Shown here one piece after another: positions 1 through 14,400 of a DNA stretch of 64,000 bases. The translations under genes were made by a program, and so were the position numbers. Position 1 is the first letter of the stretch, and the number at the start of each line of letters is the position of its first letter. The notes beneath the pieces are model-generated. The model saw nothing but the letters and a program-made list of their open reading frames with translations. It was not told the DNA's origin and did no database searches. Source of the stretch: Eledone cirrhosa (Eukaryota); the NCBI GenBank assembly GCA_964016885.1, contig OZ024743.1, positions 78,864,001 through 78,928,000 of the forward strand, in the 5' to 3' direction.

Positions 1-104
1 CCACTGTTTCGAGTAAGTGTTTACACCTCATTTTGTTCATAGCAAATCTTCGAATTAAATAAACGAAATGTTATATTTTCATTAAATTCTATTATATAAA
101 ATTC

Positions 105-144
<40 letters not shown>

Positions 145-455
145 ACAACGGCTGATGATATACATGTAGGTAAATATATTCCTTATCTGATATTTTGTAA
201 CTAACCCTACATAGATCGATAACGAAATATGCGTACGATGTATTATTATCACCTAGAAACGATCGTAAAGCAGTGAAGTATATTTCTAATGACGATGTTT
301 TATTTCATTGTTTTAACTTATATCATGACTCTGTTTTCCTTTTGATGTTTTATTGTTTTCCGGGATTTATTTTAACCTACAACATTTTCAACATATGGAT
401 TACATTGAGTTCTTCATGCGGACTAGACCCCACAACTGACAGTGGATATTTCTAG

Positions 456-512
<57 letters not shown>

Positions 513-548
513 CCCGAACATTATAATAAATGTTCGGTAAACCCATAC

Positions 549-602
<54 letters not shown>

Positions 603-609
<7 letters not shown>

Positions 610-1055
610 TCTCAGGAAAATGGGAAAACTCGGCGTATGGAAGCTGTTAGAACACCAAAATACCGTCGAAGTGGCGTTGGATAAAATATTACCTGGAAGG
701 ACAGAGATCAGTGGCTAAAGGTGAGTTGACTGGAGGGAAGAGAACACTGGAAGGAGGGAAAAGAATGGATATTTGGTTCTCCGTTACGAGCCTCCTATTC
801 CCCGCAGTAATCTCATTAATTCGTCGAAACTGCTGGAGGTTGGGATCTGACGAGCATATATTAATGTCTGTGACCTTTTGGCTGTCATCCATTCTTTTCC
901 CTCCCTCCTATCTTCTCTTCCTTCCAGTTAACTCACATCTAGCCACTGATCTCTGTCCTTCCAGGTAATATTTTACCCGACACCGCATTCGACGGTATTT
1001 TGCTGTTCTAACAGTTCCCATACACCGAGTATTCCCTTTTTTCTGAGATTTCTAT
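603..1055. repeat. Inverted-repeat element (~165 bp arms) embedded in (TA)n
   Basis: About 607-770 is the imperfect reverse complement of about 885-1052. No hammerhead core recognised. Confidence 0.75.
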
Positions 1056-1161
1056 ACATTCGCGTCTCAAAACTCTACTTTCGAGTTAGTTTTTTGTTTA
1101 TATATATGAATGTATGTATAGTATATTTGGCAATATACCGTATGTCACTTACTTATATTTT

Positions 1162-1762
<601 letters not shown>

Positions 1763-2008
1763 TATTCATAAATATAAATGTATAAATATAAATTTAGCGA
1801 GAATCGCATTTCGGCGGGTAGAAATTAGCGAAACGCAACTTCCGTATTGTGTAGACAAACGCTCCATGGATATGAAGATACCAGAACTATAAACATAAGT
1901 TAAAAAGATCATCCAAACTGAGATGATGGTTAAGTAGCCATTAAAGCACCAGAGCCAAAAAAGCGAACAAGCTAAACGGGTCAAACAAAATAAGATATGA
2001 TTGAAATA

Positions 2009-2039
<31 letters not shown>

Positions 2040-2040
<1 letters not shown>

Positions 2041-2900
2041 CGGCGATGAATTAGTTTTGCGAGGTTTTTGATATGAAATCGTGTGTCGAAACAAATATTG
2101 TTATACTTGGGGAGGGTCATATTTGTGTAATAATATTGCCAGACTTAATAACAGAACACACTCACTGCTTGGTTGATTTTCGCTTCTGTGTCTTTTATAT
2201 CGGTTAATTTAATTTATTCGGTCCTCAATGTTACCATTGACTGTCCAACGGTCAAAAATACAGATACAATATAGACACAAACACATATATATAGTCTAAC
2301 AAAGTTCTTTCGTTGCACATCTGCAACATCGTCAGTGGTGCTATTATGTTTCCTTCTGTTGTATTGTATGCCTATGCCATCTTTATTTAGTCTGTTTATT
2401 TATTTATTTATTTATTTTTTCTCCTCTGCGCATGCGTTTGCGTGTGTGTATAGTGTTTCATGTGTGTTCGTGTTTGGGTGACTGTGTATTGGTTATTGTA
2501 TTCTATCTTAGTTTAGTAGTGTGTGTTTATATGTGTTTGTTGTTATTGTGCTTGTGTATGTATTTATTTATATATTTATTTATACTTCTCTTAGGTCAGT
2601 ATTGTTTGTTTGGGTGTTGTTATTCCATTCATTTTTTCTGTTTAGCTTGGCCTTCTAAGTTCTATTTCGCTGGCCTCTCTGATTTGCCTATCTGCCGGGT
2701 CATTTCTATGTTTAGATATTATTCTAATTTCTATATTGTCTATGTTACCGTCGTGTTGTTGTCTGGCATGTTCGTATAGTACTGAATAAATTAAATTAAC
2801 CGATATAAAAGACACAGAAGCGAAAACCAACCAAACAGTGAGTGTGTTGTGTTATTAATTCTGGCAATATTATTACACAAATATGACCTTCTCCAAGTAT

Positions 2901-2905
<5 letters not shown>
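2040..2905. mobile_element. Inverted-repeat non-coding element with hammerhead motif at 2296-2340 (-); related copy at 38478-38790
   Basis: 2095-2220 is inverted at 2780-2905. The minus strand reads CTGACGA-T-GTTGC..GCAAC-GAAA-gaacTT, with an imperfect stem I. Confidence 0.7.
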
Positions 2906-2959
<54 letters not shown>

Positions 2960-3512
2960 CCGAAAATATAAGTAAATGACATAGTCACTACTTTAAAACT
3001 GATAGTCTTCTAAATGTTTTTAATTAAACATACAGTATATTGCCAAATATACTATACATACATTCATATATACATCGCTATTTCAGAGCACCAATACTAA
3101 TACCTAATATATATATATATATATATATAAATTAGGTATTAGTATCGGTGTTCTCAAAAAACTTTTTCTTATTTGCTAAACCTTGATTATATTTGTTCTG
3201 GCTCGTTAATTTATTAACCTGCCATAGAACCACATTGGCATACGGTTGGATAATATATGCGTCCCTATATGCATTTTGCATGTAGGGAAACATACTTTAT
3301 TATTATTAATCTCCCCTGGTCGAGATAACATTTTGGTCGTTTTAACTGCTGCTATTTCTAGTACATTGACCTTTCCGCCCCTGCCTTCTATCTTTACACA
3401 CGGCACTAGACAAAATTGTTTCTTCATCATACACTCTCATCTCGGGAACAGTTCTGTATGGCGCCAGTTCGTGACTTGAACTCGGGAATTTTATATTCTC
3501 CGAGTGAGAAAA

Positions 3513-3596
3513 ACCCTCTGACGAAAGTCTTCTCCTCAATGGATTTCCGCATGGATTATCCATTTATTTTGAGACTTGAAACCGCGCGGTAAGGGT
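3513..3596 (+). ncRNA. Type I hammerhead ribozyme motif
   Basis: accct-CTGACGA-aagtct..agactt-GAAA-ccgcgcgg-TA-agggt: intact core and palindromic stem III (ACCGCGCGGT). Confidence 0.92.
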
Positions 3597-3939
3597 AATT
3601 ACAGCAAATACAGTGAACTTTTTAAAATTTATTTTAAAACTTTTTCTTATTTGCTAAACCTTGATTATATATATATACATATAGGGTCAGAAGGTTCAGT
3701 AAATCCGTAGAAAACTAGTGAGGGTACCAAAGTCAGCACTCCATGCTAGAGCAGAGTGTATATAATAATAAATTAATTAATCAACCCTTGAAAAGGCTTG
3801 ATGAACATATAAGGTCGGGATTTTACATATTTCTATAGCAACTCTACATTTCCCCGTGTATTGAGTCCTCCAGTGATTAGTGGCTTCCCTAGTCTCAGTA
3901 CCACATACTCTATACATATATATATATTTAATATAGAAA

Positions 3940-3990
3940 AGCTTCTACAGGACCAGAACTGTTTCGTTCGTGAGAAATCGTCAGGAAGCT
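3940..3990 (-). ncRNA. Type I hammerhead ribozyme motif
   Basis: agcttc-CTGACGA-tttctcacgaac-GAAA-cag..ctg-TA-gaagct, with a 6-bp stem I. Confidence 0.85.
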
Positions 3991-4210
3991 GACTGTCCAA
4001 GTAAATATGGTGGTATTTATATCTTTTCTGGTGGTAGGAGAGGGTGGGGATTGGATAGGTGGAGGTCATTGGTTGATGGGTTTAAAGAAAAGGGAATATA
4101 TATATTTATAAAACATTTAAAATGTATTGATCTTTGATATTTTGTGGTTGTTTTTCATTGCATAGTGGAATTTCCACAAATGTTCTAATATAAATTGATT
4201 TATTTGGTAG

Positions 4211-4344
4211 TAATACCAGCTTCCCAAATCTACAAAATCCCGACTACTGGACAGCTGTAATTGGTGAAAACGACGTGAGTAAAAATGAAAGCTTTGAGCA
4301 AATTATTGCTATTGACAAAATAATTACATATGATTCTTATAGAG
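4211..4344 (+). CDS. Trypsin-like S1A serine protease, internal exon (NPDYWTAVIGENDVSKNESFEQIIAIDKIITYDSYR)
   Basis: AG acceptor at 4209-4210 and GT donor at 4345. The translation matches the S1 segment between the catalytic His and Asp, and its phase-1 end joins the next exon in frame. Confidence 0.85.
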
Positions 4345-4680
4345 GTAATTTTGAATTTTTCTCTCTCACATTTCACCCTTAATATTCTGTAATGATTTAG
4401 CCTAAAAATAGGCTCGTTAATTCAAATGTGTATAGTAACTTTACTAGTGGACAGATCGTTGTGAAAATCTGCAGTATTAGACTAAATATTTTGATGATGC
4501 TGTCATAGTGTGGTGTTTTATACTTTTCAATAATATATTTCTGTTGTTGTTTCAAGCAGTACAGGATTTAAGAAAGTCTTAATATCCCGTAATGATTTAG
4601 CAGAGAATACCTGAAAATAGATTTGTTAATTCAAATGTTTATAGTATCTTTATTAATGGGCAGATTATTGTAAACTATAG

Positions 4681-4812
4681 GCGGTAAATTGGCAGAATCG
4701 TTAGAACGTCAAATAAAATGATTTGCGGTCTTCATCTCTGCTCTCTGAGTTCAAATCCCGCCGAGGTCAACTTTGCCTTTCATCCTTTCGAGATCAATAA
4801 AAAAAGTACCAG
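4681..4812 (+). mobile_element. tRNA-derived SINE (diverged copy)
   Basis: TGGCAGAATCG A-box-like and GAGTTCAAATCC B-box motifs, followed by the shared aactttgcctttcatcc core. Confidence 0.8.
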
Positions 4813-5542
4813 TCACTTCCATTCTCTCACTTTCTCTATCCTTCTCTTGAAGAAATCTGCTGTATTCAGGCCGGAGGAGAGATGGGTTCCCCCAGGTTTA
4901 AAAATGCCCTAGAAACGCCATATGTCATTATGGCACCCCTACGTCTCTCTCGGGAGTTACAGGACAATGTATGTTGGAAACTAAAGACTTTAATTTATGC
5001 TGTCATAGTGCTATTTTATATTTTACAATAATGTTTTACTTATGTGGTTTAGGTACAGGACGTGAAGTGTTAAAAGGCGGTTTTTGTTCACCGAACTCCT
5101 TCATTGAGAGAGTTTAATATGGTTACCTTATTCCAAATCCTTTTAATACTTTGATCGAAGAATAAATCTTCAAGATTATGAATTAGCCACAAACTAGAAC
5201 ATAACTCAACAAGGGTTCCTACATAAAATTATAACAGAAAGTTTTAAGATAAATATTAACCCATTAAAACAAACAATTTTGTATCAGAGAACCAGAGATA
5301 GTTTCAGGAGTTTTGGTATGAAAGGGGTTAAGATAGTGTTTGGAACATAACATTACGATAGACTGTTTTTAGATAAATATATAGATATTAAGTGAAACAA
5401 TTATGTATCAGCGCCGATTTCAGGCGGTTTCATATCAAAAAGCCTCATATCTTATCTAATTTTAGCTCCCATACATCAACCTACCCTAGCTTTTGCTTCG
5501 ACGCCGCTTCTAACATATCTGTTTTCTAAATCAATTCGATAG

Positions 5543-5695
5543 TAACTCCATATGTTCCTGTGGTATATGACCTGGCTTTGCTAAAACTCAAAACACCAGT
5601 TCGCCTTAGCAGATTCATCAACACAATTTGTCTTGACAAAACCTTCCTCGAGGACGAACGGTGTATTGTCACAGGCTGGGGGAGCAAGTCTGATA
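5543..5695 (+). CDS. Serine protease exon with catalytic Asp (YDLALLKLKTPVRLSRFINTICL...CIVTGWG)
   Basis: DLALLKL, ICL and C-x-x-TGWG motifs. AG at 5541-5542 and GTAAG donor at 5696; phases are compatible with both neighbours. Confidence 0.93.
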
Positions 5696-5849
5696 GTAAG
5701 TTAAACTTATTTTCTCTCTCTCGCTCTCTCTCTCTCCTCTACTCCCATCTTTTCTCTTTGTATATATATATTCTATTGCTTTTGTTTATATATATATATA
5801 TATATATATATAGTTTCGTGGACAAATATATCAATGTGCCCAGACACGC

Positions 5850-8650
5850 AGATATATTGCCCTTGGTATGACAGTGTGGTTTTAGCTCAATGCAGGATAA
5901 CTGGTATACTACAGAGCCGTTACAGGTTTAGGAATAACCAAAGAGTGCTTAGAAATACATTGTTTTATTAGCTAACAGTGTTTCATCCTTACCCTAAGGC
6001 AGGAATCATCAGAGCCTATAAACAAGAGTATATCAGTAGTTGCATGCTCCATCAGGCTGCGTCACCAGAACAAGGTTAAAGGACCAGCAAGGGGGTCCCG
6101 AGGCCAGCGCTATATAGAAAAAGACACAATACATAACGCATATAATGTCATAAAATGTCATAAAAATTATCATAGAAAATTTCATCAAAGATCACATAAA
6201 AAATTGATCACTTACATGGTGCAATAGATGATAAGGAGGTTGGGAGAGGGTAGCAGGGAATGAGTGAAGGTGTTACTCAGCATGATCAAAAACAATAAAA
6301 AAAACAATAAAAAACACAGAAACAAAAAACAAAACAAAAACAAACAAACAAACAAAGCAAAGCATAGATACATCAAAGCACAGGCAGTGTAAATACAGGA
6401 TGTACAGGCAGATTAAGAGAGCTTGCAAGTATGAGTCTGTGAGAAGAATAGTTGGTTAGCGGTGGTGCAGCTTTACATGTAGGATTGTCTATAGGAAGGT
6501 TATATCACCTTGTAACAGGTCGATCCTCCGTATCTTATCAGCACCCTACGGACAACATCCATTGGTTCCAATTCCGATCGTTAGGCGAAGTAACACTATG
6601 TTTCCAAAACATATACTCCGGGGATTTATCCGGATAGGTAGTCAGCGATAAAGCCCTAAAATCTAAAATAAAATAAAGTACGATGAGTTGAAGAAAGGTA
6701 TGGTATATGTACAGCCGGCACTCCAGTGAGGAAATTGAAAATACGACAGGTCCGCAATAACTGCAATCTCCCAAAGTCCTACCGTTCGGTCAGTCAACCC
6801 AACGTCCCAAGTGAAATTCACTGTAAGGCCGAGTCGGCATTGAAACAAATTGTCATACAGTATACAATTATACCACTGTAAATGTAAATCGTGATGGCTA
6901 TTCCGTCACATAAACAGAAGGTGTATACAGAGAACTCCGCTTCCAGAATTACCAATGGCAGAGTGAAGGAAAAGCAGATGTGGTTATAATAATAAGCGGA
7001 TTTATTAGAGTGAGTGCACATTTGTGTAGAAAATATAGAAAACTCATGGCTAAAACTGTCAATGACAACTAAGTTATTTACATGTCCACCACGTGGTTTT
7101 CGTGTAGATTACTGAATCCGGAGGTTGTAATCTATTCACAGTCGGGTGTGACCCCTCCTGGGTCGGCCGGAAGTCAATATCTACTGTCGCACACTGCCTT
7201 GAGTGTGGTTCTATAATACATCATATATGCAGCACAATTCATATTCAACAATTTCAAAATTCCAAAAGTGAGCCTCTCGCTAGTAACACAACGGTTGTCA
7301 GAATATAAACACAGGAAGTCATAGTGTGGTTATGAAAAATATGGGAGGCAATTCGCGTCATAAAGGGCGGATTCATTAGATATCCACGGGACGCTTGGGG
7401 CAAGTCATTTGTTCGATTCGGACCCCTCGGCGACCAACCGGGGCTTGATCGATTCTGGAGCCCACACGATTTGCTCCCTTATTTCACTATACTATATTAG
7501 CTGCGGCGGAGTTTGTTGGGCTTTCGACAGACTATTAGGCTGTGCTATCAGTTAGCGCACAATGGGTGCGTTTATAAACCGTATCATTATGGTTAGTGTG
7601 GGTAGGTGCCTGCATAAGGTCAAGCTGTCTAGGTATAGTGAAAAGCCTTAAAAAGGTTATACCCTATGGGTCATTGGTTAGTGGTAATAAGATGAACTAG
7701 GGAAGAGAGGAAGAACAAAGTAAGCAAGAGGGGAAAAGAGAAATGAAATAGGAGAGTAGCCCATATACACTTGAGGAGCAGTTAAGGTTACAGAGGAACC
7801 AGGAACCCGGGTGGCGCGGTTTTACGTAGGCCTGACAGGACGGGGGGGGGGTGCAAGTCCTACAGCGTTAGCTAATTGGTCTAAAGTAATAGAAGGAGCT
7901 AAGATTTATATGCGGGCAAGAAGAGAATATTTCCGATTTCCTATTTAGCAGGTTCAGTTTGGAGTATATTATGGCGTGTGATTCAGAGAGACAAAGGTCA
8001 CAGGTCTTGCTAGGGGGTCTGTACTGCGATGATTTAGTGATGATTCTCTAATCAAGCTTGTATTGAATATCAGTGTTCTTCAGGAGAGATATGTAACTAG
8101 CTAGGGATGTGGTATTCTTAAGTATATCATGTTTAAATGTATAGCGATGGGAGGTGTATCTAGTCTTAAATGTAGACCCTATATATGTTTTGGAAGTGGT
8201 CCGAGTTGTAACTTCACAAGCGTAGACAATATTATTTATAAGGCATAGCCCTTTCAGTGGGCACTCAGCCTTTCGTCTGCAGTTACATTTGCGGTGTATA
8301 TCACTCTGCGGTACAGGAGATGTTTGGTTTTCCATACGTTCTAGATTTGGCAACCGTACATCAGATGTGTGGATCGTACTGCTGGGTAACGCTGCATCCG
8401 GTCCATCTAGTGGCTGCGGGTGTTCCGCAGATGCAATGGTATCGAAACCCTTTCTAATTTTGTTGTTGTTCGTTATGGCTAGGCGACGATCTAGATTTGG
8501 AGTGGTGGAGAATGATAGCTTAATTGTGTTTTTATTAATGATACTATGGTATTTACTACCGGGGGGGGGGGGGGGGGGTATTTTCCAAGATCGAAAAGAA
8601 TGCCTTTGGTATATTGGTTGATACCTCCGAGTTGTAAGGTGGATTAAAAT
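5850..8650 (-). mobile_element. 5'-truncated Penelope-like element (Naiad-type): RT thumb/linker, GIY-YIG remnant and long 3' region
   Basis: Minus-strand YFNPPYNS..IKLSFSTTPNL, CNCRRKAECPL..IVY..YIGST-FKTRY..H and CDLCLSE..SCPH at about 7890-8650, with stops. Hammerhead near the 3' end. Left boundary is approximate. Confidence 0.8.
5970..6016 (-). ncRNA. Type I hammerhead motif at the 3' end of the Penelope-like element
   Basis: ggct-CTGATGA-ttcct..aggat-GAAA-cactg-TT-agct. Confidence 0.75.
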
Positions 8651-8676
8651 ATATTGCCAAATATACTATACATACA

Positions 8677-8735
<59 letters not shown>

Positions 8736-8961
8736 GGGGTAACAAACAATAGTTAAATGCAGTCCACTTAGGTATAGTCCAGTTATGGTATTCCAGGTAG
8801 TGGATGATATCAACGCTTGGCTTGGTTTGACTCAACAAGGCGTTTTCATAGTGATGCTGCGGGTATGCTGTAATTCCTATGTTGTAAACACTTGGAGTAA
8901 TAATAAATCAGGAAAGAAGGTTGACATGGTTTGCTATACAAAAAAGGTTTTTAATCTCAGA

Positions 8962-9067
8962 GCTGACAATTGTTTCTCTGAACTGGTAGGTCTAGAGATC
9001 GCTGTTCGCTTATTTTCGCGTCACTCGATCGCCAATACAAAATTATAACGAGTCAGTTCTTCGGAGC
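8962..9067 (-). ncRNA. Degenerate hammerhead motif (CCGAAGA core); 3' half repeated inverted near 9695
   Basis: gct-CCGAAGA-actga..tcaga-GAAA-caattg-TC-agc. About 8908-8977 is inverted at about 9695-9765. Confidence 0.55.
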
Positions 9068-9394
9068 ATGCGAGAATGAAGAGAATACACAGGCAAGAAA
9101 AGAATATACAGGCTACTATATGAAATAGTAATGGCATTCAGTTAGAACAATAACAACAATTACAACAATGCTATTAATAAATTATTTGAGGAGACCCTGA
9201 CATTACTTAGGTGGGGGGGTATAGTGTATCTAAGATTTCGGCGTGTAAAACTAGCTGTCATGAGGCAAAAGTAAAAGTTTGGCATGTACCGTCCTTTTGC
9301 CATAATTACAATTAGCACGCTTATCTCTTTGCATGTATGTATATTTTTGTACGAGTGTATATTGATGTGTATGTATGTGTCTATGTACACATGC

Positions 9395-9507
<113 letters not shown>

Positions 9508-9761
9508 AATATATGCGTATATTACCTCCTTAACCTCTGTATTAACTCAACAACTATTTAGCTTTGACAGTGTTGTCCCACTCATGTATGTTATTGAAGA
9601 TGAAAAGAAAGACTGTAAACACTGGCTTATCTTTATAATTTAAAATTGATACACACTTCGATACTCTGTACATGCCAAACTTTTACTTTTGCCTCAGAAA
9701 CAATTGTCAGCTATGAGATTAAAAACCTTTTTTGTATAGCAAACCATGTCAACCTTCTTTC

Positions 9762-9823
<62 letters not shown>

Positions 9824-10012
9824 TGTATGAATAGTATATTTGGCAATATACCGTATGTTTAATTAAAAACATTTAGAAGACCTTACGCTATCACTTTTAA
9901 AGTACTGACTATGTCACTTGCTTCTTTTCTGCGAAAGAAGGGAGAGAAGCTAACAGTCTGTTTCACGCTGGTTGGCGATATATATATATATATATATATA
10001 ATTTATATATAC

Positions 10013-10086
<74 letters not shown>

Positions 10087-10376
10087 ATATTGTTCTTATC
10101 ATCATCCCCAACCTGTCAGGTATCCTCAGTCCTTTAAGAAGTTTACAAGTTTCAATTGGATTGACCCTAGTGTCCCGATCCTGAGTTCAAAATCCGCCGA
10201 GGTTAACTTTGTCTTTCATCCTCACGGGGTCGATAAAATAAAGTAATGCATTGGGGTCAGTTTAATCGATTTCCCCCTGCCTCCCAAAATTGCTGGCCTT
10301 GTGCCTAAAACAGGGCCAGCAGTGGCGGCAACACCAACAGTCGTAGTAGCTACACTGGTGACAGTAGTTACACCGG

Positions 10377-11375
10377 AGTGGTTTGGATGGTCTGCCCTAC
10401 GAGCTTTATAAGTACATGCCAGACTTGTCCGGTGACCTCTTGGCAGATGTCTACTGCAATTGGCAGCAGAACGGGAGCATTCCCAGTTTTGTGAGCCGGG
10501 GAGCGGTGGCGCTGCTGAGAAAAGACCGGAAGAAGAGGGATGTTATAGACAACTACAGGCCCATAACTGCAAATTTTGGCCAAGGTGTTAGCAACGAGAT
10601 TGGCGCTTGTCGTCGGTGATCTAGTGGGAGACGCGCAGACATGCGCCATTCCAGACAGATCCATCCACGACAACCTCCACCTCATGCGATACATCATAGA
10701 GAGGGTGGTTAGGGAACCTGCCACAGGTGGGGCTCTGATGAACTTGGACCAATCTAATGCATTTGATAAGGTCGACCATCGGTACCTGGTGGTGGTCCTC
10801 GAGGTGGCCGGCTTCGGGCTCGTTTTCAGGGGTTGGATTGCTGCGTTGCACAGCGAGATCTGCTCAGTTGTGAGGGTGAACGGTCATCTGTCACAGCCGT
10901 TCAGTATCATGCGTTCGGTCTGCTAAGGTTGTCCCCTCTCGTCCCTCTTGTACGTGTTGGCCCTTGAGCAGTTACTGCACAAATTGGAGGCAATGAGGGG
11001 CGTCCCACGCGAACTGGGATGTGGGAGATCCATATCGGCTTACGCCGACGACATCACCGTGGTAGTATCAAGAACCGGACATGTCCAGATGCTGGGCACT
11101 GCTCTCAAGGAATACGAAGCAGAGACAGGGGCAAAGTTAAATCAGGAAAAGTCGGTGGGCTTGCAATTCGGCAGTTGGAGAGTAATTCCATGCCGTCCGA
11201 CACCATCGTGGGGCGCTGGAAGGAAGGACCGGTTAAATTGCTCAGGTCTGGTTTGGTCCGGACCTCCAGATGGAGAAAACCTGAAGCGAGGTGACGAGCC
11301 TCTATCACTCAGAAATGGGCCAAGAGGAGGCTGTCTCTGAAAGGTCCGGGAGAGGTGGCGAATGCGTTCATCGCA
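10377..11375 (+). mobile_element. Decayed internal RT fragment of the Tx1/L1 family
   Basis: High similarity to about 14140-15160 (GLDGLPYELY, AFDKVDH, YADD), with frameshifts and stops. Confidence 0.9.
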
Positions 11376-11429
11376 TTACTTTTAAAAATAAAAAAAATAA
11401 AAATATATGTCTGAGCCACGTCCAGCACT

Positions 11430-14400
11430 ATGCCTGCTGTCAACGGCGTAAAAGTTGAGAGGGGGTTACAGAAATTCATACAACAAACACCAAAACCAAC
11501 GTGAACAAAGACAACAACACCGAGAACACTATTTTTTTAAAAATTACCACACCAAATACAACAATAACAGCGACAACCAAAATACAGACAACAGAAAAAA
11601 ATGAAAACAAATGCAACAATGATATTAATACCACTAACAAGAAAATAAACAACAACAACAACACCAACAGCAACAATACAAATTGCATCGAAAACAACAA
11701 CAACGGTGGCACCAAAAACACAACCAACTACAACGGTGATAACATCAGCAACACCAAAAACACCGTTTGTAGCAGTAGCAACAGCAACAGCAACAGCACC
11801 AACAACAAGACTAGTAGCAGCAGTAGCTGCAGCAATAATGGTGCCGCTGAAAAAGGGGCCACTTCTTTCGTAGGTGTGGCCCGAACTATAGAAACAGTGC
11901 TAGTCATGGAGGAGGAGATGGCAGTCGCTAGCGTCATGGTAACAAGAAGGGGTGCGTCTGGGTGCGCAAAACCCACATCACCCGAGGCAAAAAGTATGCC
12001 ACAGTAGACGTACTTTTCTCCACCCCCAAGAGGCGAAGTCTCACTCTTTGGAAACCCTAAAGAGTGAGGAGATAGTCTTGGTGCCCTCCTACTGCGGGCA
12101 GAAAGTTGTGAGGGTCAAAATCGCCGGAGTGGGCTCCACTACCACCACCAACAGTCGTGGAGCTCATACCCCTCCCAGACGCCACGGAATCCGAGATGGA
12201 GTATGAGGCGGGAGTGAAGTGGCAAACGGTCTGTCAAAAAAAAAGAAAAAAGAAAAAAACCCTTAGCTTCATCCTCCAAACGTGAAGGCAAACAAAAAGG
12301 GGTAAAGGCTGCAAGACGACTCGCAGCAACGCCACCACCAACAACCACCACACCACGACCACCAGCATCACCACAAACATCAACATCGCAAAAACAACAA
12401 GACAAACATACACAACAACAGCAACAAGAAAACAGCAACAAAACCAACCCCCCCCAAAAAACATTACACAGCCATAAAAATGGCAAATAAAGAACTCTTA
12501 GAACATATAAAGCAGCATACAGACATTACAGACAAAAATTACTACAACCCACCAACACCAAGAACTCTCCCGAAAAATATAAAGATTATTGAAATTAAAA
12601 TAGAACATTATAAACATTTAAAAGAAAAATTCCCCAACGCTGTTGGAGACTTCAGAGAGTCGGTTACCAAGAGGATATACACCGACATCATCTTGGCCAG
12701 CCAAAGGGACGGTTCGACTGTCCCTTTCCCACATGATCGGGGTAGGTGATCCTTTCTCACTTACTCCATTCCTCACCCAACATGGCCTTACTTAGAATAG
12801 GCAGTATAGATGTACGTGGCCTGTTGTCATCTTGGAAGCAGGGCCACCTGCTTAACGATCTCAGGTCACTAAACATAGATGTGGTGGCCATCAGCGAGAC
12901 CAGAATTTCCGAAGCACGAGCCTTCGAACCGAACTTCGTCGGCTACGATGTATACGCATCTCCCAGCCGTCCAGGATCGGGGAGTGGATTTGCTGTGCTT
13001 TTTCGGAGAGGCTTGGATCTTGCCATACGGGCCATCTTCCTGGACCCAGAAGGTAAGTCGGTGGTGCTGGACGTGACCGGCAGCGAAGGCAATGCTTTCA
13101 GGCTAGTAGCCGTCTACGCCCCAACAGTGGCAGGGCGGCCAGAGACCTTTCTTGGAACGTCCCGCTCTTAAGTGTTAGTGGGCGACTGGGGCGGTATCTT
13201 AGACGCACGCTGGGATTATGTGGGGCTAGTAGACAGGGCAGGAGGGAGTAAAAGCCTCAACAACCTGCTCAGACCTTTTGAACTGTCTGACAGGTATAGA
13301 TTGGATTATCCGAATGTGACAATGTGGGCATGGGCAAACCGTATCGGGTCATCCAGATCATATCTAGATAGGGTATTCTGTAGGGAAACAGATAAGGCTA
13401 TTGTAGGTTGTCCACAATTTAAAGTAGTCGACTACACGGACCACAAATTTGTGATCTGTGAAGTTGACTTAGATTGACTCCATAGGCAAGGGCCCGGTTA
13501 CTGGAAGCTAAACGCGTCGTTCCCGGCGCGCAAAGATTACAGAGACCAGATTAGCGAATTAGTTAAGAGTGCATTGACGGGTACGATCGTCAACAACAGG
13601 TGGTGGTTTACCCTGAAAAAAAACGATTAGAATAGAGTCTATTAGGTTTAGTAAGGCTTTAGCAATAGAGAAAAATAGAGCAGAGGGAGAACTAGTTAGA
13701 AAATTAGACGAGGCGCTTGGTAAAGGCATCACGACTGACGTACTTGCGGCTAAATTGGCCCTTGACCAATTCTTCAATGCAAAACACGAAGGCTGCGTTG
13801 TCAGAGTTAGGGTGCGTGCTCTCAGACACGAGGGGACGAAAGCCGTTCAATGGGCCCGAGTGGCAGAGGCGCGTCGTGGCAACAAAGCCATGATCCGGTC
13901 TTTGGTGGACCACGATGGGCGCATGCTACTCGATCCCGGGCAAATGTGTGAAGCTTTTCATCGACACTTCGCTCAGCTGTTCGAGGGCAGCGGCGGGCCG
14001 GATCGAGGGATGGACTTTAGTGTCTACCTCGACGGACTGCCGCGGCTTTCGGCCACTGAGGCGGAGTGTTGCGAAAAGCCGATAAAAACCGCTGAAGTAC
14101 GGGATGCAATGACTAGTTGCACAAGGGGTAAATCGCCTGGTTTGGATGGTCTGCCCTATGAACTTTACGGACAAATGCCAAACTTGTTCGGAGGCCTCTT
14201 GGCGGACGTCTACTGCAACTGGCAACAGAACGGGAGAATTCCCAGCTCTGTGAGCCGAGGAGCGGTGGCGCTGCTGAGAAAGGATCCGAACAAGGGGGAT
14301 AACATAGATAATTTTAGGCCCATAACTCTGCTAAACACAGAGTTCAAGATTTTGGCCAAGGTGCTAGCAAAGAGGTTGGCGCTTGTCGTTGGTGGTCTGG

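Noticed and set aside
145-275. Possible hammerhead (CTGATGA at 152, GAAACGATCGTA at 256)
   Set aside because: Stems I and II cannot be paired convincingly; at best a decayed copy.
405-455. SSCG.. segment as a protease propeptide exon
   Set aside because: An in-frame TAG precedes the possible donor and the acceptor is weak.
3246-3479. ORF containing VLTAA as the missing protease His exon
   Set aside because: It lacks HC and lies inside a hammerhead element.
4380-4680. ~200-bp tandem duplication (also 53 bp at 17718-17830 and ~170 bp at 59415-59745)
   Set aside because: These are ordinary local duplications with no further signal.
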